From Lytechinus variegatus (lineage: Eukaryota), in NCBI RefSeq assembly GCF_018143015.1, contig NC_054742.1, positions 15,990,441 through 16,054,440 on the forward strand: a DNA stretch of 64,000 nt. Reading direction: 5' to 3'. Positions 50,200 through 62,882 of the stretch are shown here, one piece after another (position 1 is the first letter of the stretch; each line of letters begins with the position of its first letter). The position numbers were made by a program, and so were the translations under genes. The notes under the pieces are model-generated. The model had not been told where the DNA came from, did not search any database, and saw nothing but the letters and a program-made list of their open reading frames with translations.

Positions 50200-50251
50200 C
50201 CAGCCAGTCCATCACGATTTTTTCCAGCTCGGTACACGCGGGACTAGATGC
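50200..50251 (-). CDS. HDC: Histidine decarboxylase, exon 3 (52 nt). A ~34-kb intron separates it from exon 4.
   Basis: Acceptor cttgtag|GCATCT and donor CTGG|GTAAGT (rc). It translates to ASSPACTELEKIVMDWL(A), compared with HDC ASSPACTELEMNVMDWLA. Confidence 0.85.
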
Positions 50252-51837
50252 CTACAAGTACAGGGAAAGAAAACAGTGAAACTCAAAACTCATGTACTGC
50301 AAACAAAATTGAAGGCTAGTTGAACAAATAAAAGTAATAGCATTAGCTTTTATTTTGTGGTGTTTTTCGTTTGCATTGCCCGCTGTATGAACGTAACACA
50401 TATTTTACCTTCAAAACTTGGCATGCTATCATACACAAAGATAATCTTTGATGATGACTCAACGCCTCCCATAAGTGTTCTCTATATTATAATTGCTATA
50501 TTCGGAGTAACTCAAATTCTTCAAATACAATTTAGACGTTGATGGGATATCGAAGAAATGTGAAGAAAAATGCTTTTTAAATGTTTTTAAATGGACCTAT
50601 TCAAGTTTTGGACGTGAATGAAACATTTGTATAGACCGGGACTTACGAATGGTCCCAATCATTACTGCATTCGGCATGTTCGGATTATTCAAAATTTGAT
50701 TATGCAAGATATTCTAAAATTTCTATTTTGGCTGCATTCCTACTCATTCCATTTCCCAGTGTATTCAGGATAAAGATGTCTGATAAAAGTCAGTTGTATT
50801 TTTTTCGCGAAATGAAATGTACTTCCTCAAAATTTCTGTTGCAAAATAAGTTATTCATATCCGGAACTTTTAACCTTTAAAATACATTCAAAGGCTAAAG
50901 ATTTAAGCTTAATATAGTAACTAAGAACTTGTGTTTAAGAATTCGATAGGAAAGGAGTTTATGAGTGAGTGACACGTATAATTATCAAGGGCACTATCAC
51001 TGCTGCTAAATATCGCAACAGGCGACTTATTACACTACGATTCATTAGTTATTCATCAAGTTTATCCTATCAGTAAGTCCCATCCATCCATCTTGACGTC
51101 GGAAACTCATTGAACTGTAATTGGCATTGAAAACAAGGTGATAGACAACCCTGGCCCCACACAGATCATCTCAGTTTATAGTGAATCTAACAAGAGATCT
51201 GATCGTAAAACACCTGCATCTTTATTCTTAGAATTTATGATGGGGTGTCGTGGTGCCATCTTATTTTAGATTTAAGTAATATTGTATAATTAGGCCTACC
51301 TCGTAACGCGAAAATATGAGGGTAATGGTGTCCGAGTGTGATAATTTAATACACTTCTAATCATGATTTAGTTTTTGTATTGGTAAGATATGCCTCTTTG
51401 TAGGCTTTTGTTAAAATAATACCCCCGGGAATGATATTGGGAATGAAACGGTAGACAGGTTCAAAGTGTATGTGCATTAATGCTGTATACTACAGCCTTG
51501 AATCGAAAATTGCGTTGTAGGTAGAATGGGAGGGAATCTCAATTTCACGATTTTGGTAATTACTCTAATTTTATCTCACTATACATTTCATACACATATC
51601 GCCTAAAACAACTTATATTATTGATATACATACAGTATCATCTTACTTTATAAGCTGAACGTTATAAAACTATACTTGAATGAAATTCCATAAGTTAATG
51701 AATCTAGTCCAGTAAAAATAAGCCGTATAGCTCCAAGTGATGGGAGAAATGGAACTAGAAGTATGTATACTGTTAAATAAGACAGAGAATAGTTAAGTGA
51801 CAAAGTGGTTTAAATAGTATTAGCAAAGATATCTTAC

Positions 51838-51951
51838 CCATGTAAAGCCTAAGCAGCTGATACCATCAGCCAACATGTCTCCAAGCATTGACGGATATGA
51901 TGTGAGTGCAGGGAAGTATGCATGCATATGAGGGCTCTGCCAATGAGTAAT
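51838..51951 (-). CDS. HDC: Histidine decarboxylase, exon 2.
   Basis: Acceptor ttcatacag|ATTACT and donor ACATGG|GTAAGA (rc). It translates to [38 protein letters not shown], compared with [41 protein letters not shown]. Confidence 0.92.
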
Positions 51952-53990
51952 CTGTATGAAAATATCATTTGGGATGAAATCAAAAGAACTTAATATGCAT
52001 TGACATGTGAAAAGAAATGATTGGGTTTGATATTCTACCAGAGGTTGAACTGTTTTCAATTAACTCTATTATGAACACACCTGTATTCAATCAGCGAAGG
52101 TATCATAATAATCATAACTATTTAAAATTTTGAATATGTACATCAATTGATATAGTGAGAGGCCTTCGAAATTATAGTTAGTTTGACTTATATGGCGCCG
52201 TTTACTATGACTCACAACACATTGTGAATGCCACCATTTATGTGCATTTCAGAATTTCTATTGAGTATGGAAGCTTTTGCAGAAAATTTGAAATTTATTT
52301 TGAAAATGAAACCATATGATTTCACATCCTCCGCACTGCAATAATAACCCATTATATTTCCTAACAATGTGTATCAATGTTTTTTTAACAAATCATCTTC
52401 ACATTTCTTTTGCGTGTATGAATAAAGTGAAATAACTGAAGTTGTATAATAATTTATCTAGTGCAATAAACAACATCGCCATGATTAAGTACCGCAGACA
52501 TGATAAAAATGGGGGTATTTTCGGAAATGGAGATCATAATGAACAAAATCAAGAGAGCGGAAATCTTTAAAGCATTATTTTTGGAGCCCATGGAAATCAT
52601 AATTATTCTCATTTAGGAAACGTCGAGGGAGCATTTGAGTCTAATGAATAACCGTTTGCTGCTGAGAATAAACCTATTATAGCTTAAATAGAAATTTATA
52701 TAGATATTATCATATGACGTCATCCCTGAATGTATTGACTGGATTCAAGAGGAATATATTCATGTTCCTCTCAAAATTGAAATATGATTTAGAGCGATGA
52801 AGCATCATGACGTTGAACTTTAAAACAGGATGAATACTTTTTGGAGATTCAATGTTGAGTATGAGAAAGGGAAAGTTATTTGAAGGAAAGCAGTATCAGA
52901 TTTAGTTCCAATTTATAATGGCTGGGAAAATGCCAGACATTGATGGTTTACTATGACATCATTGAGGAGAGGGATATGATTGATTTCACAAATGCACAAC
53001 TATACCAAGATGATAAGGTCACCATTTGCAGTTTTGCTGAGGAACACAATATTTGGAACTAACTCTCCAAAACTATTTTTAGGCTTCATAGAAAATGTGG
53101 TGAAAACTCAATGCGTTTTAAAACGCTATACGAAGCTTCTGAAATACGGGCGTGTACAAAATGTTTTTCTTACTTTAAGTTATATGCTATATCCACTTAA
53201 TCAAAGAAAATCGCGCGTACTTTTAAAATTCTCGTTCACTTTGATATAATTCTATATTGCAGCGAGACACATTCCACGATATACAATGTATGTTGTGTAA
53301 AAAAAAATGACGTCATATCGTATTCCAATTTTCCTTAGATACGGAAGTATAGAGACTCCATAATCCCAGTGAATAGGGTATTTCACTTAAATGAAATTTG
53401 ATGACATCGAGAGAAGTCATCTTGCTCCCGAAAGCGTGCAATATGAGGAGGGTAATTGGCAGGAGCACTCAGCAATAGCTTGTCATTTAAGGCGATGGCT
53501 TCACCATTTCCTTTCCAATGACAACTGAAAGAAATATTGCAATGTTCCGTCTTTCTTCTTTTTACCTTTCAAATCAATATGCACACTTACATCATTTTTG
53601 TTTGTAATTTCGTAATCAACGTTAGCCTTTTTCATGAGTTTCATTAGTAGTTCAAATGTACTGACTTTTTATTGGATTATAACAGAAAATATCTACAAAA
53701 CATTACCGAACTTTAATGACGTTACGTAGATAACAAACAGATATCATGACTGAATAATGATTTAAACGCCACGTCTTTAGTTATCATTAGTCCAAATATG
53801 TTTTCTCTTAATACAGCGTTCTTCATTGCTACTACGGAAGTATTTACAATTTAGCAAAACTTGCAAAAGATCAATTTAAGGATGATAAATAAAGTTCAAT
53901 TCGATACCTCAGTATTCCTTCCAATCTTTAAATTAAATGTTATAAACACATCTCGTCAACAAAATCAGGCTTAACCGGTAATGGACTTAC

Positions 53991-54155
53991 CCCTGGCATG
54001 ATGGCCCTTTCAATATCAGCCATGATATCTTCCCACTTATCCCCATGTATAGGGGCATGGTCTGGTATGAGGTGTTTAAGATATCCAGGTTGGACGTCTG
54101 GTAATGTTCGGCGGGAACGAATTGTTGATAAGTAATCAGCCACATAATCCACCAT
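53991..54155 (-). CDS. HDC: Histidine decarboxylase, first recognisable coding exon. ATG at 54155-54153 is the first in-frame ATG after an in-frame TAA; an AG acceptor at 54164-54165 could instead join a tiny upstream coding exon.
   Basis: It translates to [55 protein letters not shown], with donor GGG|GTAAGT. Compare HDC [55 protein letters not shown]. The 12 exons sum to 1647 nt (549 codons) with consistent splice phases throughout. Confidence 0.85.
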
Positions 54156-54512
54156 CTCTTTTCCTTAAAACAATGATAGGAATGGTTTATCAAACATTTC
54201 GATATCAATTTACAAGAATATTTTAACATTTGATATTTTACCAAATCTTCTTAAACCAACCCTTTCCATTATAGATATTGGAACTGTTTGGATATTAGTA
54301 ATTTTGAAATACTGCAAATTTATAATTTGTACGTAATTTCTTTCAAAAATCCAAATAACTTTATCATGTTAAGCAGAGCCCGCTGGGAGAACAATTTTTG
54401 GAACTGAAGTGGCTACCCTGGGTAAAATATTACGTTATTATTATCATTAATATTATTATTGCTCTTGTTTCTATTATAATTATTATATATCTAAATTAAG
54501 GATTTTTCATAT

Positions 54513-54551
<39 letters not shown>

Positions 54552-57500
54552 CTTTAGATATTTGCAGTATGTAATCGTACTAGCGAAATCATTGGTTTAT
54601 TAATTTCAGATTATCTTCTTCAACCCAAAATTAAACTTGCAAAACATTGTATTTGCTATCAATGTCTTTATATTTCGGCAAATTTTAAGTTTCCCCTTTA
54701 ATAATTTTTCAGATTATTTTTTGTTTAGCATAACAGTTTATTTCAACGAGCTTACCATGACTGGTATTACGTAATAAGCTTTTAATACTCCGACCATCCT
54801 GGTCATAGCTTTGTCGCCTTGAAATATTAATGGTTCGTCACCCAACATTGCTTTCCATCTTTATAAAAATGCACATAATTAGGCAAAGATGAGTAAATAC
54901 TGCAGGCGTCTGCAAGAACACAATATGGTGCCATAATTTCCATTTTATTTCTCTATGGATTATCTAAATGAAGGCGTCGGACTGTTTTATGTTCGAACAT
55001 CGGGTGATGTGATGATAAAAATTACATGAAAACATTAATCATTGCAAAGATGGGCTGTCAATCCAGTTCATCCATTTACCTACCATTGACCTACGCCTAT
55101 TTAGGTGGTCTTTAAAACGCTCAGTCCTTTCTTACAGCTATAGTCTAAATAGTTATGCCCTTGAAAAGGGGTTTCTTGATTATAAAATAAAATAATAAAA
55201 AAACCCATATTACACCTATTCGTCTTTTCAAATCACTTGTTCCCTCATTTTAATTTTAATTTGAATTGTTATCACAGATCTTGTGTATATGTCTAATGTT
55301 CACATTTGAACGATAACCTAAAAAGCTATAAATTTTCAAGAAGGAAAATATATCGAATATAGTTTTTAAAAAAACCTATTAAAGATACATCTTATATAAA
55401 TATATGTTTACTATTTTACAAATGGTATCACGCAAATCTTATCACAAATATGTTCGTTTTTATCTATTAATTTGAACCATAGTGGTTTTGCCATGAATAA
55501 TTTTTTAAATTATGTATAAATCATGCTTTCTAAATCTAACTATTGAAATAATTTAGTACTGAGCAAAAGTAAATTCATGATTAAATTAAATTGTGTTATA
55601 AATCTGAACTCCATACATTATGAGGAAATCCTCTTTGCAAAATTCAAACGGGTATTCATGTTTTGAAAGCTTGTAATGTATGTCAAATTCATGTAAAATT
55701 GAACTCAGGATTTGTATGACAGCGCTCTGATGTGATAAGGGTTAGGCGACAGATACCAATGAATTCCCATTCATCATTATCCTGAAGTGTTACACTTATT
55801 TCATAATCGAAACATCCTCTCTACGACACTTTCAATATTATCATAATGAGATAATTACCTGCCCTCTAATACTTTCAAACTATCGGGTAGCTCAGAAAGC
55901 TTTTATAATTGCCCTTGAACGTAACCCATCACGTTTTGCATAAGAACACACACTCTGCAAAGAGCACAATAATGTCAGGTAACTGTAACCTTATGATGAA
56001 CGGTAAATTATCTGTAATGATGTTACTGATTACTTATATTTTCTTGTTTGTAAAATATTGGTTTACAAACGAATTTTTCTTTCTTTCAGATTAATTAGGG
56101 CCTAGGGCCGATAATTCATTTTATTTTATATTTTTTTCAAAAAAAAATTTCAAAAAGTTTTATACGCGTTCTTTCTCATTAAAGTTAAAGTCGTACATAC
56201 TGAATCTTTATAATGATGTAGACTTGCATCTTTTTGACAGAAGAAATCCTGTATTGAACCATTGTCATCAGATGATATTTCTATTTGAAATCGAATCCAA
56301 ATTCTATTTTTCATGTAAATACATATCACGTATCGGCTATTTAAAGATAAATTGCACATCTAACTTGACTTTGAGTTGGTTTTAGTAATAAAAGAAGGAA
56401 AAGGAATAAATGTAATCAATGAAGGGTGGCAAAAACCCTTTCATGAATTTCTGAAATGTGGATCTTAAGTTACCTGTTAGAGATTGTGTCCCTGCATGCG
56501 AACGGCTCCATAAAAATATCATGGAATGGTCAGTAATTATGTAATATTTAATTGTACTAGAAACTTGCGAATCTGTTTACCTGTTCATCAATAATCAGAC
56601 CCATAATTCTATTACAATGTATTCCATCATCGTACAGTCGAAAATTCATATCTATAATACTGTATACATTGATTTAATTATATAATATAGGAGCCTTTCG
56701 CATGTAATTTCACCAAATTAACAACTGTGAAATTGATAACCCTGTTATTCTGTGATGGATTTGGTCAACTTGACGTCAGGTATGTGGGGCTTCTTTTCGA
56801 GCATTTTCGGTCTGGTATTACTCTCGGCTACCATAGACTTAATCTTCACTAATTCACCTAAATTGGTGGAAATGGCATCAAATCCCTTCCATGAAAAATT
56901 ATGCCTAAGATTTATTTCGGTGTTGCACCACTCGCACAACACACCGATCAAGTACCATCTCATCCCGATGAGCAATGAACAATTAATTGGAAGTTGCAAT
57001 TTTTAGAATATGCATGTGTGGCCAATTTATAGTAATTTGTATTTGTAATTAAGATGGCTCATTACTCCAACTTATTGCTTTCACAATAACGAATCGGGGA
57101 TATACACTGGTTGTAACATGCGGCAATCAGATCGAAATGTAAATTATTTTCCACATATTGAAATAACTTGTTGTCGAACATCCTCTAAAAATTGAAAATA
57201 GATTCACGAAGGCATACTCTGTGAGTGTGTATATGTGTGTGTCAGAGAGAGGGGGTGTGCTGGAGGTATACTCTGTGAGGGAGTGTGTGGGTGTCTGTGT
57301 GAGGGTGTGTGTGTGAAAAGGGGGTGTGTTCAATGCAGTCAGTCAAGGTGAATTTAAACCATCAGTGGTGTATAAGTTCTAATTTCATGCCTTGCAAATT
57401 TGATTTAATTCATGACCAGATGTGGCGTGTTCTTGCATGCTCATGGGAGCCTTTTCACCGTCGTAATTTCCCGAAAATTTTTCAAGAAGCGGGGCTGTAT

Positions 57501-58619
57501 TAGACACATTCCATTTAGTTTAACAGATCATTACAGGCTGTAATTGAATTATAATGACTAATGCATGTATTTTGTTCTCATAGCATAATGAAGATTTTCT
57601 ATAATAAATTACCGTTCGATTTAAATATTGACAATAAATATATGATATGTGGTTAGAATATATACAGTGTAGCTTCTGATAGCAGAGATGCCGTAAAACG
57701 ATATGGAAGTACCATTACTTCAATGCATGAATCTAAGATTAAAACTGCTTTAATTTTATTATATTTTCGATCATGTTCGAAAATGATAATAAAAACAACG
57801 TAGGATCATAATTATGATTAACTTTCCTCCATTAGGCATACATAATGTATAAGATAAGATAAATCATTATAGCGGATGAATTTCTTTCATTTGAGTATTC
57901 TCCACTAAAAAAGCCATACCTGATTGACATGAAGGTTTTGAATAAAATATAAACTTGATGAATGGGTCATCTTAAATTTTTTTGAAGCTCGGTTAAAGCA
58001 AGGAGATATCACCTCTTTGGATGCAACAATGACTTACTAGTGCCATTGTGTTTGTTTTAAGATATTAGATTTCACAGTAAGGTCCCACGAGGGCTTTAAC
58101 AAGATATAAGAAATCAAAGCCACGTAATTAGAAAATATATTAGACGTGGCTATAAATCAGACTACTATCAGCTCAATTTCAATCCCTCATCGGTGACATG
58201 AATACTCTTACTTTTAGGGTTTTTTGTCGTTGATTTAACACTTAATAGTATCAAAATCATCAAATGAGTTAGTGTATTTGGAATGAAAAATCATATAAAA
58301 TAATGTTAATGCTTAAGAAAAGACAGATCATCCGCAATCGCTGTCACAAATAGGAGTCAGGGGTAATAACTCCAACTGAAGGATGAAGGGGTGAAAGTAA
58401 TGCCACTCGAGCATGACTTCAATCTCTGACACATATAACATTTCCTCTCAAGTGACGGTGTAATAGGTTTAATCATTGCGAAAGCTCCCATCTCAGAAAC
58501 ATAACTAATTATATATTACATAATGGCAGATGTGAACACAGAACATAATGGCAAATCCCAAATTACCTATCGCCACTAAATTATACCCGGTCAGGGTGTG
58601 GTAATAGTAATAGAGGAGG

Positions 58620-58860
58620 CAAGACCCGATATGTTTTGATGGTTTCTTGTCAATAAGGTGCCAATATGGCCTCTGAAATATGCGAATTGTCCATGAAAAT
58701 CCGATTGCACACACACACACTGACTTTAAAATGCCCGCAGTTGTGACCCAAGGGTGAAATAAAGTCTGAAAACACTTTGTTTTTACAAAGTAATTATTTC
58801 CTTGATATTCAAAGTGGCTGCCATAGAACCATAAATATTAGGCATACTCTATTGTGTACA
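58620..58860. repeat. Third, degenerate locus of the same satellite family.
   Basis: 'ggtgccaatatggcctctgaaatatgcgaattgtccatgaaaatccgattgcac' and 'tattcaaagtggctgccatagaaccataaatattaggcatactctattgtgtacaatatgaacgg' parallel 61591-61650 and 61741-61800. Confidence 0.55.
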
Positions 58861-59771
58861 ATATGAACGGACGAAAAATAATTTTCACAATAGAAATGAT
58901 AGAGAGCACTAAACATGCTAAAGTGCATCTAATCGTGTTACACAAGTTAAGTAGGCCTACTGTCTGGAAACATAATTGCTAAAGAAATATGTGATAAATG
59001 GCTGTCATATACGTCCCTAACTATAGTACAAACAATTTGAGCGGGGACAAATAATTTGTAATTGTATCCCATGATCTGTTATTATGTTCAACATCTAACT
59101 GAATTTGCGGTAATTTCGAGCATTTTACAAAAAGGGTCTGTGAATAATGGTTCTTCACTTCTTAACATTCGCCAAAGTAATCAGTATAAAACCGTCCTCG
59201 TGTTGAGTTTCATTATAAATCTTTCTTTTTACAGTCGATGATAAAGTACGATCGCCTTCAAATCCCAAGAGGAAGAAACTTGAGACATTAATTGGGTTAT
59301 TGTTGCGGCAAATCATGACTCTAATTTGATTATCTCTGTCCATCTGATCTGTATGAAATGGACAAATTCGTCTCTATGGTTCTACCAACCTCCCATTCCT
59401 TAAAACTTTACGCCGACAGGGTATAGGAGCCAGAGTTTAGGATTGACGACATTTCTGTGTTGATTGATTAAACTGCCAAATGTTACAAAATGGCAATGTA
59501 TAAAAGGCAAACCGTTCAATTTACGATTTAATCACAATCCGAGTTGTGCGAAAACCTTCCAATATCGTATAAGGTTAATATTAAAAAATAAAAAAAAATA
59601 AAAATCTTTACATCCTAATAGTCACTAATGATTTGCCCAATTACGATTGGCAACATTTTTTTTAAAGAAATTCTAGATTCTTTGAAGGGTGATACTTAGC
59701 AAAGAAGATACAACAGACAGCTCGCGATAGAGCTAATGGCAAGTATATTCCCATTTCACTTCAGTTTTGAA

Positions 59772-59802
59772 GGTGTCATGGCCGAGTGGTCCAAGGCGCC
59801 TG
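59772..59802 (+). pseudogene. tRNA-like fragment (5' half resembling tRNA-Leu/Ser acceptor and D arm), probably a tRNA-derived SINE head or pseudogene.
   Basis: 'GGTGTCATGGCCGAGTGGTCCAAGGCGCCTG' resembles the tRNA-Leu 5' half GTCAGGATGGCCGAGTGGTCTAAGGCGCCAG. There is no anticodon arm, no T-arm and no GTTCGAATC box downstream. Confidence 0.35.
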
Positions 59803-61080
59803 AATACAAAAATTAAAGTCTGGGGTTTGTATCACATTATCTATATACCCCGAGCAATGTATTTAAGCTTCAAGGCTTTATTTATAGAACGACAGATGAA
59901 TTGAAAGTCTGTATGCCTATGTGCACGTGTTTAAAAGAAATAAACTCTGTAACCACTTTTTCGTAAAAATTCTGAAGTTCAATGTTTTTTATAAACAGTA
60001 AGAATCTCTTTACATTGAGTGTACACTATTACACTAATTTTTTTATTTAAATATAATCATAGGATGATGGTAAAAGTGGGCGTCACATGATAATTTTAAA
60101 CACCGGGAAAATGCAATCAGATTTTTTTTTTTATAATTTTCAAACAAATTTATTTTAATTCCGATAATTCAATGCCTTTTCCTTATGATGAAATCTTTCT
60201 CGTTAAAAGAATTCGATTATTTTATCAAAGAAAATTGTATTGGAGAATCGCTAGAAGAAAAGGTTATAAACATGCTAATGTATATTAGTATATGTTTATT
60301 ATTACTATTATGAGCGAATAATAATAATAATAATAGCAATAGTAGTAATTGTTATTAGAATTATTTCAGTTATTATCATCATCATTATGATTATCATTAT
60401 TATTATTATTATCATTATTTCATTAACTTTTCATTTACCTAGGGTAGCCACTTAAGTTATTATCATTATTATTAAGTTAGGAAAATGCTCTACCAGCGGA
60501 CCCTGCACAAAACAGTATGCTATTATTAGTTTTCTCCAATCTAAATGCTGAGCGCCTAGCAAGAATGCAGGAGATCCCATTTTATAATGTTCAATTTAAT
60601 GAAGAATATTATTTTATGACCCTATTTTGTATACATGTAGATCTTAAAAATATCCTCTTACAAGTACATGTAGTTTGATAGCATTTAATGTGGTAGGTGT
60701 TCACGCTTGAAAATCACGAGGTGTCATTTGATGTGTCGTAATATTCGATTCGTGTCAAATTAACCCAGATATCAATAAATTCGTAATCCTACACGAATTG
60801 AAGTATAAATCAATTTCAGAATAACTTTTCGATAATTAACATGATAAATATTTAGCATGAAACATTAATCTCATAGAAGGAAATAGTTAGGGAGCTCGGC
60901 GACTTAAATGCGACATTATTATTTTATTTTATTCTATTTTTTTTGGGGGGGTCAACTGAATAACAGGGTTCATATAGATTGCTTTCTCCCTTGTTCTAAC
61001 CCTGCTAAACAAGTTAAATATCTCTTATAGTTTGTCACAAAAATAATAATGATTTTTTTGTGGGGAGGGAGAGGATAGTA

Positions 61081-61081
61081 T

Positions 61082-61172
<91 letters not shown>
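61081..61172. repeat. Compound microsatellite (CA)n(TA)n(TG)n.
   Basis: Direct reading. Confidence 0.95.
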
Positions 61173-61174
<2 letters not shown>

Positions 61175-61469
61175 GCTTTACATGTACAACAGCTTTGGCA
61201 ACTCTTTTATTTAAATATTGTAAAGAAATGGATGTAGAGAACAATGGTAGGCGTAGATATAATATAAGCTATGAGAGAGATAAAGAGAAAACAGAAAAAT
61301 ATTAAGTAACATTTTCATTTTTTAATCGGAAACGCTGCCAATTGATTATTTCATAGACAAGTAATTGACGGACGGCACTGACAAAATTGTGTTTGCAATG
61401 TCAATAGGCGAAAGATACAATTACTTGCTGATGTTCATACAATAGTCCAGGATAGGCCCCATAGAAACT

Positions 61470-62565
61470 TGACTAAACCTTGTTTTTTTATATATACAAT
61501 ATTTTTTGATGGTTTCTTGTCAATTCGAGGGTGCTGATTACGAATCTGGATGATGCCACTCGTGTAACCTTGAGCATTTTCCACAAATTGGCAAAATCCA
61601 ATATGGCCGCCAAAATATGCAAATTACCCATGAAAATCCTAAAATTGTCCGCACATTGGCTATGGAATGCATGAAAGCGTGTGGCAGGAGTAAAATACAC
61701 TCTGAAAAAAATAATTGTTGACAAAATATTTATTTTCCTGATATTCAAAATGGCCGCCATAGTCCATATTGTATACTCTATTATGTACAATATATATAAA
61801 TACAAAAATTTCACAAAAATGAGCACTAAACCGCAAAAGATTGCGATGTATGAACGAATTGATATATGCAAATCATCATTACTAACGAGATATATCATTT
61901 ATTAAGTCATAAATGGGAACATTTCTGTATTTTGATATCTAAAATGGCAGCCACTTGCCCAAACAGTATTGCGTACAATGGCAATCGGGGCCGAAAAAAT
62001 TCACAAGAGTGATCACAGAAATGCATATTATCAAGATTAAACGAGTGGAATATTGACTAAAAACATAATTGTTAACGAAATATATTATTAATATGTCATG
62101 TATGTGATTAATGTTGTATTTTGATATTCAAAATGGCTGCCAAAGGCCCTAAAAGTATTATCCACAATGAGAAAGTGGGGCAAAGAAATCACAAGAGTAA
62201 TCACTACAATGCATATATATGTGATAGATTAATGAGATACTGTTTAAAAACATATTTTCTAACGAAATATATCATTCAGGTTTAAAGTGTGTGTTAAATA
62301 CTGTAGTTTTACTTTCAAAATGGCCGCCAGAGACATTAACAGTATTATGCACAATGCAAAGTGGGAAACCAATATTCACAGGAGTGAGCACCATAAATGC
62401 AGGAATTAGTGATCTATGAGTAAAATATTGTCTGAAAGCATAATTTATATTAAGCAGTTAAGAAATATCATTTATTCTGCCAGTTAGGTGATAAATACTG
62501 TTTTTGGAAAGTCAAAATGGCCGCTACAGGCACTTACGATATTATGCACAATGTGAATGGGAACA
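61470..62565. repeat. 190-bp-period satellite array (5-6 monomers) whose monomers are diverged except for a conserved 13-mer core AAAATGGC(C/T)GCCA.
   Basis: Core occurrences are at 61741, 61931, 62121, 62311 and 62501 (exact 190-bp spacing), plus 'ccaatatggccgccaaaatatgc' at 61591. The first ~110 bp (61470-61580) are near-identical to 20560-20700. Confidence 0.8.
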
Positions 62566-62607
62566 AATTATTTCAGCAGAATTTGGCTTTGCTTGGCCAG
62601 ATGGTGC

Positions 62608-62882
62608 CAGGTAAAAATGGCAGAGGTAATAATGGCAGAGGTAAAAATGGCAGAAGTAAAAATGGCAGAGGTAATAATGGCAGAGGTAAAAATGGCAGAG
62701 GTAAAAATGGCAGAGGTAATAATGGCAGAGGTAAAAATGGCAGAGGTAAAAATGGCAGAGGTAATAATGGCAGAGGTAAAAATGGCAGAGGTAAGAACAG
62801 CAGATATAAAAAGAGCAGAGGCATAAATGACAAGAGGTAAAAATGGAACACGTGACAATAGCAGAGGTAAAAGTGGCCGAGG
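62608..62882. repeat. 15-bp minisatellite (~18 units, AATGGCAGAGGTAAA / AATGGCAGAGGTAAT alternating), abutting the 190-bp satellite; its unit contains the satellite core fragment AAAATGGCAG.
   Basis: Direct reading. It produces the spurious repeat-peptide ORFs 62517-62840, 62557-62826, 62568-62987 and 62573-62887. Confidence 0.9.

Noticed and set aside
54700-54860. Candidate tiny 5' HDC exon ending '...CAT G|gtaagc' (~54737) that would add '...LLRNTSH(G)' upstream of KEMVDY
   Set aside because: That frame has an in-frame TGA ~90 nt upstream and no ATG, and the peptide does not resemble HDC N-termini (MMEPEEYRERG). The ATG at 54155 following an in-frame TAA is the more parsimonious start.
56745-57006. 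Mirror 84-aa ORFs on both strands (MMDLVNLTSGMWGFFSSIFGLVLL... / MQLPINCSLLIGMRW...)
   Set aside because: I recognise no family, the context is not coding-like and there are no splice signals; such symmetric ORF pairs arise by chance in AT-rich sequence. A BLAST of the + strand peptide would be the only worthwhile check.
61488-61898. 136-aa minus-strand ORF and 74-aa plus-strand ORF
   Set aside because: They lie entirely within the 190-bp satellite monomers (AT-rich, no codon bias); equivalent frames are interrupted in other monomers.
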